Shown: positions 47,561 through 62,193, counted from the first letter of the whole stretch. The stretch is 63,505 nt of DNA, filler included, from Octopus bimaculoides (GCF_001194135.2; 4 parts of 4 records of this genome joined end to end with filler, not necessarily neighbours in it); one strand, 5' to 3'. The notes: generated from the sequence alone by a model not told the origin. Translations and numbers: made by a program.

Positions 47561-47850
47561 GCCTTTCATAACAGGTCCAAGTTTCACAGGAATACAATAT
47601 GGATGTTAAGACAAATGATTTGTAAAGAGCCAGCTTTGTATTGTTATTTATATGTCGCTGGCGCCAGACGCGTGACTCCAAGCCACCAAATGCTTTTGCT
47701 GCCCTTTGAATTCGCAGGTGTATTTCCGTATCAAGATTTCCATCATCTTGAACAGAGCTTCCCAGGTAGACAAATGAATTGACAACCTCAAGTAACTTTC
47801 CCTTAACAAAAATTTTAGGGAGGTTACAAACAGCACCATACGCAGGTTGA
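47561..47850 (-). mobile_element. RTE (BovB-like) LINE fragment
   Basis: LEVVNSFVYLGS...EIHLRIQRAAKAFGGLESRVW...TKLALYKSFVLTSILYSCETWT. Confidence 0.88.
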
Positions 47851-48035
47851 TACATGCATGCATACATACATACATGCATGCATACATACATACATACATA
47901 CATACATACATACATACGTACATACATATATACATACATACATAGACAGGTAGGCAGCTACACAGGGAGACTGACAAGCAAGAAAGCAGAGAGGATGAGA
48001 TAGAGAGAGAGAGTCAGAGAGACAGACAGACAGAC

Positions 48036-48081
<46 letters not shown>

Positions 48082-48391
48082 CAAACAGACTGGAGAAAGA
48101 TGGAGAAACGGAGAAAGGCAGGGAGAGGAAGAAAGATTGAGAGACGGAGAGAGATAGTGGGAGGGAGAAATATATATGGAAAAGGTAAGAGTGAAAGAAT
48201 GTAAGTTTAATGAGAGGCGTGCGTAAGGGAGAGTGTATCATGTAAGAGGATTAGTGCAGCCTAGTAATCTCAAGTTGTGTTCAAATTAATAGATAGTTAT
48301 TAGCAAGTCGTGTTGCGCCAGAGTGAACAGTAATTTCATGCTAATTACACCGGTTATGTAGCAGCAAATAGCCATATATCCCTATACTTCA

Positions 48392-48441
<50 letters not shown>

Positions 48442-49059
48442 ATTTCTGTCTTTCTTTCTCTCATACACACAGGCAATCTCTCTAAATCTCACACTTTCCT
48501 TTTCGCTCTCTTCCAACTTCAGCTAATCATACACTGCTGACTAATGTCTTTTTTTATTTACTTTATACAGCCTCTCATATCTCTGAATTCGTGGCCGAAG
48601 GATAGGAAAAATATATATGAATTGACAGACAGACAGACTGACAGATAGAAAGTGAGAGAAGGAAGAGGAGGCAGAGGAGGGGAGAGACAGCAATCACTGC
48701 CAAGACTGTGCAAATAGCATTCCAAAAAAAAAGTGATTTAGCTAGTTACTGTCACACGATATTATGCGAGGCTTCCGCTTCTAAAATGAATTCATATGCA
48801 CGCTCATTCACATACAAAAATACATGCATAGGTACAGATATGTTCACAAACATACAAAGTTTAGCTAAGATACTCACATTAATATTACATACATACATAC
48901 ATACACATTATGAAAGCATTACAATTAGCCAAAACGATACAACCACTAGTGGCTGCTTATCTACGTATAACCGAGATTTGGTCTATTACTTAATTCCTCT
49001 CGGAGGAAATGAAATAAATGAAATATGACGAAATACATTACCAATTTACCAATAGGATG

Positions 49060-50300
49060 TCCTACCTGGTGGTGGCTTATCCCTTCTGTTCTCTCTGTAA
49101 ACCCACTTTTGCACCTGCTCACGAAACAATGGTTAAAGAAATTAATCGAGAAAGATTTCTCACCTTTTCTTTGTAGTGTCAACCACACCAAATGCAATTG
49201 TGTCTTATCTGATTTTCCATTGATATTGGAAAGATATTCGGTTAGTCGACAAGTGTATTTTTTATGATAAGGAATTGAAAAAAAACTGTTTACATTCAAG
49301 TCAGAACTACAAATACTTGGACAAGATGAGAATGTCAGGTTTGGCAACCCCATTAATAAGGTGAAGGCAAGAAATAAATACCTCAAGGTTGTAAAGAAAA
49401 TTCACTCATGACAATTGCCAACCGACAATAGCATGTCCTGAACAAAACCATTGTAATCCATTTCCTAACACGTATACTTGATCATCTGAACTGCTACCGA
49501 AATGGACATAAGAACTCGCAATCCTGGAAATTCAAACATCTATGGGGATATAGACTGATTGTATTTTCCATACTAGGAGATAGTGACCTCGCATGTGCAT
49601 TAGTATTTTACGCGAACTGGATTACAAGCGATAAAAATGTCAGTAATTCACTTATCGCAGTCTGACTTCGTAGCAGAAAAGAAAAGTGCTCATACGACTT
49701 TATAAAGGAAGAGTACAGAATCTACACAAGGGACGCGATCTCAGTATATATTACAAATTAACAAACACACAAACATGCGCACATCTAATTCCCGTTTACG
49801 GACCGCTGCGATTCATTTGACTTCTGCTGATGTTTGTTATGAGAAACGAATAAAGAAAATGACTTGAGTAGTATTCAGTTTCTGTCAAAGGTTACGTTAT
49901 CTTGTTCAGACTCAATTCTACAGCAGTGGAGAATATCACTTAACGATATACGACTGAACAGTAGTAAACCGTGGTCATTGACAGCAAACTATATTGTCCA
50001 TGGACATATCATGACGCCGGTGAAGGGATTCTGACTGAAAGCATCATATACAAGGTGAAAATGAAGTTTAGGAATTTTATCTGAGTTATCATGGGTGACC
50101 TTCTGAGAATCAAATGTATGCTGCAATAGCGGCAGAGAAATATTTTCCTGTTAAAGCTACAAATTGAAGATAACAGAATAGCAGATACGGTTGAGAGAAA
50201 TACTAAATATCATAGAGGGTTTAATTTTAAAGCAACAGAATATTGGATTACACTAATTCCTTTACACTTCTCTACCTACATATCGGGCATGTTATTTATA
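49060..50300 (+). mobile_element. Heavily degraded R4-like LINE
   Basis: SVNPLLHLL, YKYLGQDENV and DID.L.F motifs recognisable across frameshifts. Confidence 0.45.
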
Positions 50301-52989
50301 TTTTATAATACACAAACTACATGAAATATATAGACAGATAAATTGAAGTAGTGTGATATAAATGGCTTTCTAAGAAACAACATTTGTAATAGTTAAGTTA
50401 GTTAATTCAGAGGGTGTGTCCCAGCCAACCCCATGTCCTCCTCTTGATCTGGCTTTTGATTGGCTGCTGTTTCTCCTGTAACCACAAGACTTTGTTTGTG
50501 AGTTTGTTTTGCCATGTCACTCGAAGGATGTTCCAGGCACATCTATTCGCAAACATTTAGAGCCTGTCGATTCACCAGGTTTTATACACATGACCATCAC
50601 CCTTTACTTCTCGCCATCTTTAAACATGAGTTGCTGTATGTATACGATTTGCCTATTACAAATATTTAGTGGGAAAACTGTTTGTGTGATAAGCAAACAC
50701 TAAGTATATATTTGTTTCACTTATGTAAGGAGACAAATATATAGCAATAACGCGAAGAAGGAATGATGGTAATGCCATATTCGAAAGCGTTTTTGGTTAC
50801 ATTTAACAATGGTGAAATAGATTCATATTTGTAGCATACTTCTATTGTGATTGTGTAGTTTCCTTATTGTTTTTAACTGAATTTGCGAATCTGAAATATT
50901 GAATATTTTCATTAAAGAGTTGCAGTTAGACAAAACCAGATTTCATTGAGGAATATGCTTTTGTCGGTTGACTCGACACTATATTATTGGTTTATATTAC
51001 TTATCTGAAAATGAAAAACAGGAATTAGTCTCGCCAGAAATTTGAAATCAGAATGTAGATCGTTTAAAATGATATCACAATGTATGTAGCTCTGTAGGTC
51101 CAGTCTTTATCGATTTTTAGTTGTTTTTCGTTTTTAAAGTCATCGTTATATTGATTTATTATAAACACAAATAGCATTAGACGTTAAGGATTTTGTGATG
51201 TTCATTCCCTTCTTATAGACATTAAATGTTGCGCTTAAAATAGCGTGTGTATTTGGGACAGAAAGATATTCAGCCTGAAATTTTTATCTCTAGGAATTAG
51301 ATAAGGAGGTTATTAATCTTATGAATGCAAAGGAAATATTGACAGTGAGATAAACGTTGACAGTGAAGATAAACGGATGCAGTGGAATAATTGTTGATAT
51401 AGTGATAAATGTTAGGGAAGATGCATAAGTGTTTCAAAGGCTGATATTGACTAAAAAACAGGAAGCTATGGAGTCCTGGATATTATTTGTATTAAAAAAA
51501 AATAATAATGGTAAATAATGAAAATAAAAAATGAAATTCCGAACAGTATTTCTATGGAAAATATCAGTTGGACTATCCAGCTTGCCTACAACGTAAATTT
51601 AATGCAGTTTGGTTAGCATGTAGATGAATATACGTTAAAAACTGTCAGTAAATCAAGATGATAAAAACTGATAAAGGTTCCAGATTCAAGCGTTATCTAC
51701 AAGACAAATCTAATGATTAATTATGGCCTTTTGATAAAACTGATATCAAACGTGGCATTGATTAAGAGTAAAATATATTTGATATCTATAAATTTATCTT
51801 TCTGTAACAATGACAACTCACGCATCTATTTAAGAGCCAAGTGTTCGGTTTAAAATATTCATTGTGTATATGAGTAGGGAGCACTTATGATTTGTTAATA
51901 CAACTGCCTCTTCTGACTATGACATCTATCTATCTATCTATCTATCTATCTATATATATATATATATNNNNNNNNNNNNNATATATATATATATATATAT
52001 CTAACTATCTATCCCTATCTCTCTATGCCTTGGCATTCTCTTTTCTATTCTCAACGATCACTGTTCATATAGACACATTAATATGCATGTATTTATATGT
52101 GTGAATGAGTGCATTTCTCTATGTGTGTAAGAATGAACCTAGAGATCAATTTGCCTTCCTTTCACAATGGAATATGATTAGAGTGGGATCGAATAATCCA
52201 CAGATGAGTTAAATTTCCAATGGCCAAAGAAAGCGATCCAATATTGACTTCCGGGTGGAAGATATTGTCAGGAGGTCGGTTTCTCACAACTTACTCTTCC
52301 ATCACCACACTAAGGGTCAAAATCTTCCTGCCTCAAAGATTGAAAGTAATCAGCAAATTTGTTCAGATGGAATTTTAGGGTCGTCACATGCAACATGTAG
52401 ATTAACTCTTCGGTATTACTATTACGTGCATGCACATGTATGCGTAACCACACACTTACACACGCATATGCTTAGATAGAATATCAAAACTTCTATTCTT
52501 TAGATGACATTTTAAGGAGGAACTTTGTTAAGAAACAGTAAGGGACTCAGAGATAAGGTTTACTTTGTAAGTGATGACCTATTGCTTAGTCAGAGTTCAA
52601 TATGATATTACTGTCATTTGGCTGATGAGACTTGGTTTCAGGATGACACCCTGGTATGAATTCTTATTTCAGACAGATGAAAGCAGTAGATTGGCAAACA
52701 TCGTGCAACTCCAGGTAAATATGACATTTTCTTTCTATTAATTTTCATACGACATTTAATGGACGACTGGAATTTACTTCTTGACTAGCGATATGAAGTT
52801 ACTAGATATCGGACAGTATCACCTAGCGCACTATTTCAAGAAAGATACTTAAGACCACAAGTCTTAGTGATACATTCTTCTTTTAATTTCATGCCTACAT
52901 CACACATAAGGCTTCCTTCCTCTATCTCTTCCTCTTTCTCCTTCTGTCTTTCCTTTTCTCTCTCTCATTCTCTTCTCTTCTTTCCTCTT

Positions 52990-53330
52990 TCACACTCTTG
53001 CCCCTCTCTCTCTCTCTCTCTCTCCCTGATGCCATGTCAATGATTGGACTTTGCACCTGTTTCTACGTTCTCTATCCGTCGGCCTGTCACACTTTTTCAA
53101 CTGTTATTCCTTAGATGTGTTTGGTCCTTGTGCGCTTCCTCCTTCCTTTAGGGGTCCATATAACAACTGATGTAACAGACCCCACTCTCGGCTTTCAAAC
53201 TAGTGGATCATCTTTACTTCTCTTTCCAGGTTAAGAACCACTGCTTTTCCAAGGTGTTCTGGATTCTTTTGAGTGTTTGAAGTTACTGTAACCAGAAGTT
53301 TTTCAGAATCAGACGATCATCCAATACCAA
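52990..53330 (-). mobile_element. Probable RTE-like LINE C-terminal remnant
   Basis: Degenerate ...YMDP*RKEEAHKDQTHLRNNS*K... resembles LLW.P..G.R..GRP..TY...L..D. Confidence 0.35.
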
Positions 53331-54353
53331 ATTTTCAAGACCTCACCGATTGGGGTTGGTTTTCTGTGGGTTTTTTTTTTTTTTACTTTGCTTCGACATT
53401 CGTAGTGCTGCATACGCTCATGGTTTGAAATTAAAATTTTTTTCTCCTAGCCTAGTGTTTGACTCCATTCTAAGAGGATGCTGAGAACTAGTCTTGATAA
53501 CGCACCGGTAGCTTACAGCAGTCTTGCGTTAGTTACGAGCAAAGTAGTGCCCACCTTGCTCTATGTCCCAATGTAACACCCACATTAATGTAGCGTGGTA
53601 GTGCGACAGGAGAGTGCGCTCCTTCCGTGCTATGCAGTGAGCGCTCCAAGCCGGGAGCTCTTGGCAGCACTTTGGTGAGACATTGAGGTGTCAATAACGT
53701 CCGAGCTGCGGTAGCACTTTTCATATACGAAAAAAAAAAAGAAAAGAAAAGAAATGATTTTTCACTGGGGGAAGCTGGACACACGAAAAACAAGTAAACG
53801 TATGTTTATCACGCCAGCTTTATGGGTAAGAACACAAACTGTATATAAAGAAGTTACAGATTCAAAACGGCTAATATTATATGCGTTCAAACGTATACCA
53901 ACAAATCTTCCACGCGACAGTCATCAGATATTTATGTTAGGTTGGCTCTTTGCTACATAGTATTTGTTATCCTGTGCACATTTATTTACGTATCCATGCC
54001 GTAGTCACATCACATGTAACGGAACCCATCTACTACCTACTGGGATACGCCAAAGCATATATATATATATATANNNNNNNNNNNNNNNNNNNNNNNNNNN
54101 NNNNNNNNNNNNNNNNNNNNNNNNNNNNNNNNNNNNNNNNNNNNNNNNNNNNNNNNNNNNNNNNNNNNNNNNNNNNNNNNNNNNNNNNNNNNNNNNNNNN
54201 NNNNNNNNNNNNNNNNNNNNNNNNNNNNNNNNNNNNNNNNNNNNNNNNNNNNNNNNNNNNNNNNNNNNNNNNNNNNNNNNNNNNNNNNNNNNNNNNNNNN
54301 NNNNNNNNNNNNNNNNNNNNNNNNNNNNNNNNNNNNNNNNNNNNNNNNNNNNN

Positions 54354-54394
<41 letters not shown>

Positions 54395-55054
54395 AAGAGA
54401 GATACACAAACACACACATAAGTATGCAGACATACAGATACACACATAAATGCACGCGCATGTGTGTTTGCATGTGTGTGTTGTTGTGAATGTGTATGAA
54501 TGTATGTGTTTGTGTGTGTGTGTGTGTGTGTGTAAAACTTGCATCCCGAGGGACTGTATACATTTGTTTATAGTTATAGTTCTGATAATTCATAAGCTTT
54601 CACGTTTCTCAACAGATTTCGGTTGTTATTCTATCATTATATAATGACTAATTGTAAATGTAATGAATATTTGCTTCCAATTGCTTAATATAGAATCGCC
54701 TCGAACAAATTAATTATAATTTCATTTCGAACTCAACCTGCATATCGTATTGAAGAAATTAACTGCTAAATCCTATTCTCCGCATTATTAGTTGTTCCCA
54801 CACACGACATCGGCATTTAAAGAGTTTTATTTAAATAAAATAAAATTAAAATCTAAAATGCTTTCGCTTTCGATTCAGCAAAAACAGATTTGGACCAAGC
54901 TATAAATTTATTTATTTATTTTTTTTTTTTACAGTGAACTAAATTCAAAATTTTTTCTGCTGCTTTAAAATAGATTTATTAGTCTCAGTTTTCGAAGATA
55001 GACGATATTTTCTATTTACTTCATTTATTAAAACAGATTTTATTATATTGCTAA

Positions 55055-55260
55055 TAACGGTAGCCAGCTGGCAGAACCGTTAGCTTTTCGTCCGTCTTTG
55101 TTCAAACTCCGCCGAGGTCGACTTTGCTTTTCATCCCTCAGGGTCGATAAAATGAGTACTAGATAAAATAAGTACCAGTTAAGCACTAGGGTCGATGTAA
55201 TCGACTAACCTCTAACCCTGTCCCCAAAATTACCGGCATTGTGCCAAAATTTCATATTAT
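55055..55260 (+). mobile_element. SINE family A
   Basis: GCCAGCTGGCAGAACCG, GTTCAAACTCCGCCGAGGTCGAC, tail AAAATTACCGGCATTGTGCCAAAATTT. Confidence 0.88.
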
Positions 55261-55934
55261 CAAACTGCAAAGATTCTTATTCTCATAATAAATTAATCAC
55301 CGACGATGTGAAATCCATTACCAACAAGTCTAATCAGAAGTAACTTAGAGAACTACAGCTGGCCAAGTCTGTGCAATGTGGTATATCATCCAAAGATTTG
55401 ACATTTCGAATCCCATTCCTAGTGCTATCCTGTGTCCATTTGTCAATATACTTGATTCTCAAATGTCTTAGTTATTATTTCTTTCAGTTGTAAGTAGGTA
55501 TAGAAAAAGGTAAAACTTTTTGCTACAAACAGTGGAGACACTACCTAACGATTGTTCCGATGGTCAGATATTGCTAAACTGATTTGATCTGGACATACTG
55601 TAAAAATAAATAGCAAAGATCACAAAATGACTGTAGTGTAACTCCTGTTTATGAGGTAGAAAATCTTTGTTATTTTGGGTACTTGAGTAAATATATAGAT
55701 TTAGTAAATGGAGTAAAATGCATATGTTAAATGAATTCTTTTATTTCCATATGCGTTTTATTCCATTTACTAAATTTATATATATATATATATATATATA
55801 TTATCTGAAGTGTACAGTATTAAATACCCATCGCGGCTGATCTATCTATATGTGTGTGTGTGTATGTGTGTTTGGTGACTTTGAACGTGCGTATGCGCGT
55901 GCGTGTGTGTGTGCGAGCACACGCACGCGTGTAA

Positions 55935-56180
55935 CTTTGTGTCTGTGGTCGCTCCCCACCACTGCTTGGCAACAGGTTTTGATGGGTTTACGTTGCTGTA
56001 ACCTAGCGGTCCGGCAAAAGAGGTCAACAGAATAAATACCAGGGTCAAAATAGAAAGAAAAAAAGACAGAAGTAAGTTTTGAAGTAGATTTCACTCGACA
56101 AAAAAATTCTTATTCTTGAAAGCGGTGCTCCAGCATGTCCGCAGTCTAATGACTGAAACAAATAAAGGATAAAAGACAAA
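55935..56180 (+). mobile_element. SINE family B, 3' arm only
   Basis: CCACTGCTTGGCAAC...CTAGCGGTCCGGCAAAAG...GCGGTGCTCCAGCATGTCCGCAGTC..GACTGAAACAAATAAA. Confidence 0.8.
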
Positions 56181-57456
56181 TGATTACACGTCGGGCTACA
56201 AACATTTCAAGTGAGAAGCGTCAACCATGTTAACCAAACGTTCGATAAAATCAAAACAAAAACAATAAAAAAAACTCAACGAAGAAACAAAAACAAAAAC
56301 ACTATATTGATGTGCGAGAAAGGTGAGAGTTTTCTCCCCCTTTCCGCTCTTTAACTCTAGAAACGGAAACTAAAGCAGTGAAGTTCAATAGATAACCTTC
56401 ATTTTCTATCTACGCATGATCGCCTAAAGAATTTGTCAACCAAGAAAACCCTATCATTTTACGAAGCTGTTCTGTTTAGTTACATACTCATTCGTTTCTA
56501 TCTTCTAAATTTTCTTTTCTTTTTGGCTTCGTTCTTATAGCTTAGACGGATGAGATAAAGAACGAAAGAACGGGGGGGGGTGACATTAGGCTGGTGGGGT
56601 AGGGCTGAGAAAAAGATTTCATTTCTAGCGAAGTCTTTAACTCTGATAACCACTGTTATTTCAGAATAATTTATATTCTGTGACTCCCAGAGATCGCATC
56701 ATACCCTAAAGCATATATTTCCCTCGCCACACATCTTTTCTTTATATTCGTTTTGTTTATTTATTTCCCCGTTTTTATTTTCTTTTGCCAGTTTTTCCAG
56801 ACACTTCTCAGCCACTGTCCCTACCTCCATCCTCTTCTCGAATCTTCTTCCATAGCCCTCTAGCCATGCAATTCCTTTCTACTCATGCAATTTTCGATTG
56901 AGTTGTTCTTCGCCCTGAAATCTGTGTATTTATAAACCACCCGCTTCACCCCACTAACCTTCACGTTTTTCATCATCTACCACTATTTATTTTGCACTCT
57001 CACTTATTACCCCCACGGTCACGTCACTCCGTCTATCACTCATCGCTTCCACTGCTGCTGCTGCTGCCGCCGTCGTATTTCCTATCATCAACACCGACGT
57101 AACGATTACTTCCAACAGCAAATTAAAAATTACATCCGCCACACACCTCACATTCATATCAATTACTCTGGATCCACTCCCGAACAAAACCAACAATCTC
57201 ACGCGCGCGCGCGCGCATACACACGTCCAAAGTCACCAAAAAAAAACACATAAGCAACATAATCATCATCGTCCTCGTCGCCACCGCTGTCGTCGTCGTC
57301 GTCGTCTTCGTCGTCGTCACAGCATTCATCATCATCCCTGTCATCATCATCATCATCAACATAATCATCGTCATCGTTGTGTCATCCTTTTCCTCCTCCT
57401 CCCTCTCCTCCACCTCCACCACCACCACCACCTCCACCACCACCACCACGTCCACT

Positions 57457-57556
57457 NNNNNNNNNNNNNNNNNNNNNNNNNNNNNNNNNNNNNNNNNNNN
57501 TTAATTAATTAANNNNNNNNNNNNNNNNNNNNNNNNNNNNNNNNNNNNNNNNNNNN
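57457..57556. other. Synthetic scaffold-join spacer
   Basis: N44-TTAATTAATTAA-N44. Confidence 0.95.
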
Positions 57557-57596
<40 letters not shown>

Positions 57597-57634
57597 CGTA
57601 TATATATATATATATATATATACATATATATATA

Positions 57635-57995
57635 CAAGGTCTGATCAAGAAGTATCCGAACTGTTGCCATAGTAACGAAGCTAAAGTATGCAGAGTAAAG
57701 CGATTTGGCAAAGATTGACCTTGACCTCTCCTGTGCATGCGCACTAAGTTTTAACGTTCTCGCTCACTTCCGCTGTTTACACCACTGCTCGGAAAGAGCG
57801 AGTGTAGCGTGTGATCGTCGCATTGACTTTGACAGAGGAAGATGTCATGGCGAAACTTGCTCAGAGACCCACGCAAAGTTATAGAAAGTGTATGGAGAAG
57901 AGTGCATGAGACGCACACAAGTGACAAGTGTACGAGTGGTTCATACGTTACCAAAATGGCAGAAAAAGTGTCGATATTGACGAACGTTCTGGAAG
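57635..57995 (+). mobile_element. Mariner 5' end (TIR + N-terminal transposase), truncated
   Basis: TA-CAAGGTCTGATCAAGAAGTATCCG terminus; GETCSETHAKL*KVYGEECMRRTQV..VYEWFIRYQNGRKSVDIDERSG. Confidence 0.85.
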
Positions 57996-58164
57996 TACAT
58001 CTATGTACATACTTACATATATATGTATATACTCATTTTTATGTGTCTTAATTATGCCTGTACTGACGATTAGAAAGTAGATTATGTACACTAACTATGA
58101 AATGATATGATTTGCGGCTGAATAAAGATACTGAATAAAAAACACATTTTCATGCCTCTAAGGT

Positions 58165-58300
58165 GGAAGGACACGGCCTAAAAGTGAGTGTCTTGCATTC
58201 ACCGTCACAAGCTCGTAGTTTCAATTCTAGTACAGGGCGGTGCATTGTATTTTTGAGCAAAATATTTCATCTCACTTTGCTCCTGTTAGCTGTAAATGAG
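58165..58300 (+). mobile_element. SINE family C, degraded
   Basis: GTAGTTTCAATTC, GGTGCATTGTATTTTTGAGCAAAA, GCTGTAAATGAGT. Confidence 0.5.
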
Positions 58301-58922
58301 TAACCATAGCGCCCCATTCAGTGAGTGTGATGTGATCTCGGGTACTCATATGCCATGAAAATCGGGTACCCGGTCTTGTGAGTACTCGGGCTCATTAATG
58401 TCCAGGGTCGTTAATGTCAAAGTCTTACATGCTTCTAAGATCTTGGAACATACAACAAATAGCGACCAAATCTCTGTGAAATCATATCCTAAACAGAAAA
58501 TGAGACACGGTGTGCAGTTTTTATCCGAAGAAAAGACAGGATTATTACAGAAAGATTGTTTATGATCTTGAATTGGTCGATCGGGTTTAAACTAAGGTTA
58601 AAGAGTAACAGCCACATGTTACAGAAACAATTTAAATAGAAGATATATCATCATGAAATGCCACATGTTATAGAAAAAAGGTAATTAACCATGTGATTAT
58701 TATGGGATGCATTGCTGAAAAAGAATGTAATTGTTGGCTGGGAAACTCAGAGAGAACTGGTTTCCATGAGGGTCTCGCTCTCATTCTGATAGCTATGAGG
58801 GTACTTAGGAGTTATTTCACAGACTTGGTAAGATGGAGATAAGAATATTGATGAAGGATTTAGTGTGCTTGTGAGAGAAAGAGACAGAGAGGTGGAGGAA
58901 GTGACAAGAATACATGTGCATT

Positions 58923-58987
<65 letters not shown>

Positions 58988-59044
58988 NNNNNNNNNNNNN
59001 NNNNNNNNNNNNNNNNNNNNNNNNNNNNNNNNNNNNNNNNNNNG

Positions 59045-59091
<47 letters not shown>

Positions 59092-60133
59092 CACTACACA
59101 CATACATATATATATATATATATACACACACACCCACACATGCATACATATATATGTATAATGGTATATGCATAGATGCATGCATGAATACCTACCTACA
59201 TACATACATACATACATACATACATACATACATACACACATGAATACATACATATACACACATGCATGTATGCATTTGAATAAAAGTGCAAGTGAGTGAG
59301 GGTGAGAAAGGGAGAGAAATGGAGAGTAGAGAGAGAGAGAGAAAGAGAGAGAAATAATGCCACTAGCAATTATGCACGAAACAAACAGATGAAACAAACA
59401 AACATATTTGTTAAACAATAAACACCAACAATAAAAATGATAAAGAGACGCAATCCTGTTCTTGATTAACAGAAAGTACAAGCAACAGTGAAGACTATGA
59501 GAAACGTCAAGAACAACAACAACAGCAGCAGCAGCAGCAGCAACAAGAACAACGACTACAATAACAACAACTACAACAACGATGACAATAGCGGAGCAAA
59601 AAGCGAACCTTTACATCCGTGGTTCACAACCGCAGTCCATATAACCCTTCGTGGTCCATGTAGTATTTTGTTAATAAAATTTATCTGCAATGAATTGGTT
59701 ATACTCCTACAATACACAAAGTATTCTAACAATTTTTTTAATACAATTCCTGATAATATTTAATTACAAAAAATATAGGATTTTTTTAAAACACCAAACG
59801 GCTGGGTAAAATAGGATTCGAAAAAGTATGGCTGAGAACCTCTGCTCTACCTGGTCTGCTTTGTTTTTAGAAAGCGCAGCCAAAGGCCTTTGAAATTACA
59901 CCCTATTGTTTTGAAATATTATCGAAGTTTATGATGGACAGTTGGATTATTTAGATAGACGATACTTAAAAAAAATGGTGTGATGGTCATGACTAGATCT
60001 GTTTTGATCGTAGGTCTATTTAGCTGGTACTAATCTTGAGCTTATGTATGACACATTTCGGCGCAACTGTTTAGCGACGCTTATTTGGCGTTGCTGATTC
60101 GATGCTGACTTATTTGACATCAAATGGTTTAAC

Positions 60134-60202
<69 letters not shown>

Positions 60203-61239
60203 ACACTCTATCTCTCTTTCCTTTTTCTCTCAGTTGACATATACGAGCATATTTCTTTACGTGTATGAAGAGAAGAACCATTCCCTAAATTTCCTATTCT
60301 CCATCTCCTTACTATGGCTTACTAACGCATCTACTGTATTTGATGACATAAAAGACGCACGGTCGCCTTAGACGCGGCCCAATTTCAGGAAAGTATGTAC
60401 GTGGGAAAAGTTTCCAGTGCATTAATTTTTATAGGAGGTGCAACTTCGCATATAGGACCCGGGGTGATTTTTGAGACATTTTTTATTGCGAAAAAAGTAT
60501 GTCTTCTGTGCCATCAAATACGGAAAAATTCACAAACTTCATAAATTATTTTTGTCGGCGCAGGTCTCAACCATTTTCATCTTATTTATTTTTCAGATTT
60601 TGGTTTCTTATCAACAAAATTGAGACATTCTTTGTCTTATGAGGTGAAACGTATAATTCTATTGAGTTACATTATAATGAGACGTTGTGTTTTTCTTCTA
60701 TGATATCAATTAACTTCTTTTGCATGTCTACAAAGTTTTAACATACGCCTTTTTTTTTTAAATAATGCGATATCGCTTTACCTCTATATTTTTTTCTTTA
60801 CACATGTTAACCAACTAATTCAAAAAGAAAACGTATAAAATCCGCTTGATTCACTTTACTCAATGATTTCAAACTACAGTTTTAACTTTAAAGATAATTT
60901 TTTTCATTCATCACGCTCATTAAATTACAATTATTCGAGAACATCAACTCGTTTTAGTTTGTTAAATGTTGACACATGCGTAAATCACTTCGACATTTTC
61001 TCTGAGATTTGTGTCTTATTTAGTTTCCTCCCCCACGTTTCTGCTTTCACTAAAATGTCTGTAAATGAATGTATGTGGAGTAATGTTGGTTGTCAACGTT
61101 TTTCGCCCCTCATTAATTTTCAAACTTCTATTGTCTTTTAAATAAGTAATTTGTTTTATTTAGTTTGCTCACACTTAGTTTATATATATATNNNNNNNNN
61201 NTATTATTAGATATTTTTATTGGTTTAGTCTTCTGGTTT

Positions 61240-61665
61240 ATTCTCCTCATGTATCCCTCAAGTATTTCAGTCAGACTTGTCATGATGCAAGCTGTGTTTG
61301 CTGTCCTTCCCTGGTCGTCTTCAAATCTCACAACTAGTATCAGATGCCCATCTGCCTTCTATTACGTCTTCCATCGCCTTTCACATCATTGCCTCTGCTT
61401 AAATATTGAAAAAATAAGAGGTAGAGTAAGCGTTCTTGTCCAACTCATTTCCCAATGGTGCAAGTTCCATTCCTTCCATGAGCTGTCATTACAGTTGCTG
61501 TCTGACCAAAGTACGGTGCTATATACAGTTGTTGTCTGGCCCGTGTACGGATCAGGCGCTTATATCGCCTCAGATTTTTTAGTAGGTCCATCAGTTTTTT
61601 TTTTCCCAATCAACACGATCGAAAGCCTTTTCATTGTTAATAAAGCGTATAAAGACTTCCCTATA
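61240..61665 (-). mobile_element. RTE-type LINE reverse-transcriptase fragment
   Basis: FINNEKAFDRVDW, IGK*VGQ (GRGVRQG-like), RFEDDQ (decayed FADD). Confidence 0.78.
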
Positions 61666-61864
61666 AGATAGATAGATAGATAGATAGATATTTGTGAGTC
61701 TAGTTAGATAAATAGAAAATGGATAGAAAATGATATATAGCTTTATAATTATATACTAATATATAAATACACATATATTTATATATACATTAAAATCTTT
61801 TATTAAATATCCTCTTATTTTCACTTTACGTTTTTCTGGTATATTCATATATATATACATACGT

Positions 61865-61915
<51 letters not shown>

Positions 61916-62193
61916 TATATACATACATACACACATATATATATATATATAATATATATATACATACTCATATATGTATGTATCCATATATACAAACAAA
62001 CAAATGCACACACACATACACACACACACATATACATATGCTACGCAGTGTAATATGAATGACTGATTTATCATCATCATCATTATGTTACTATTCACAG
62101 CTGAGTTCGGGCTACAATCTTCACATTCTCAATAAAACTAACATTAATATAGACAGCTGTTGTCAGTTGTTGGGTGTCAGGTGTTAAGTCTAG

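Noticed and set aside
57000-57456. Acidic/poly-M, T or V ORFs (56987-57455; also 12154-12382 and 59488-59763)
   Set aside because: Mixed trinucleotide microsatellites
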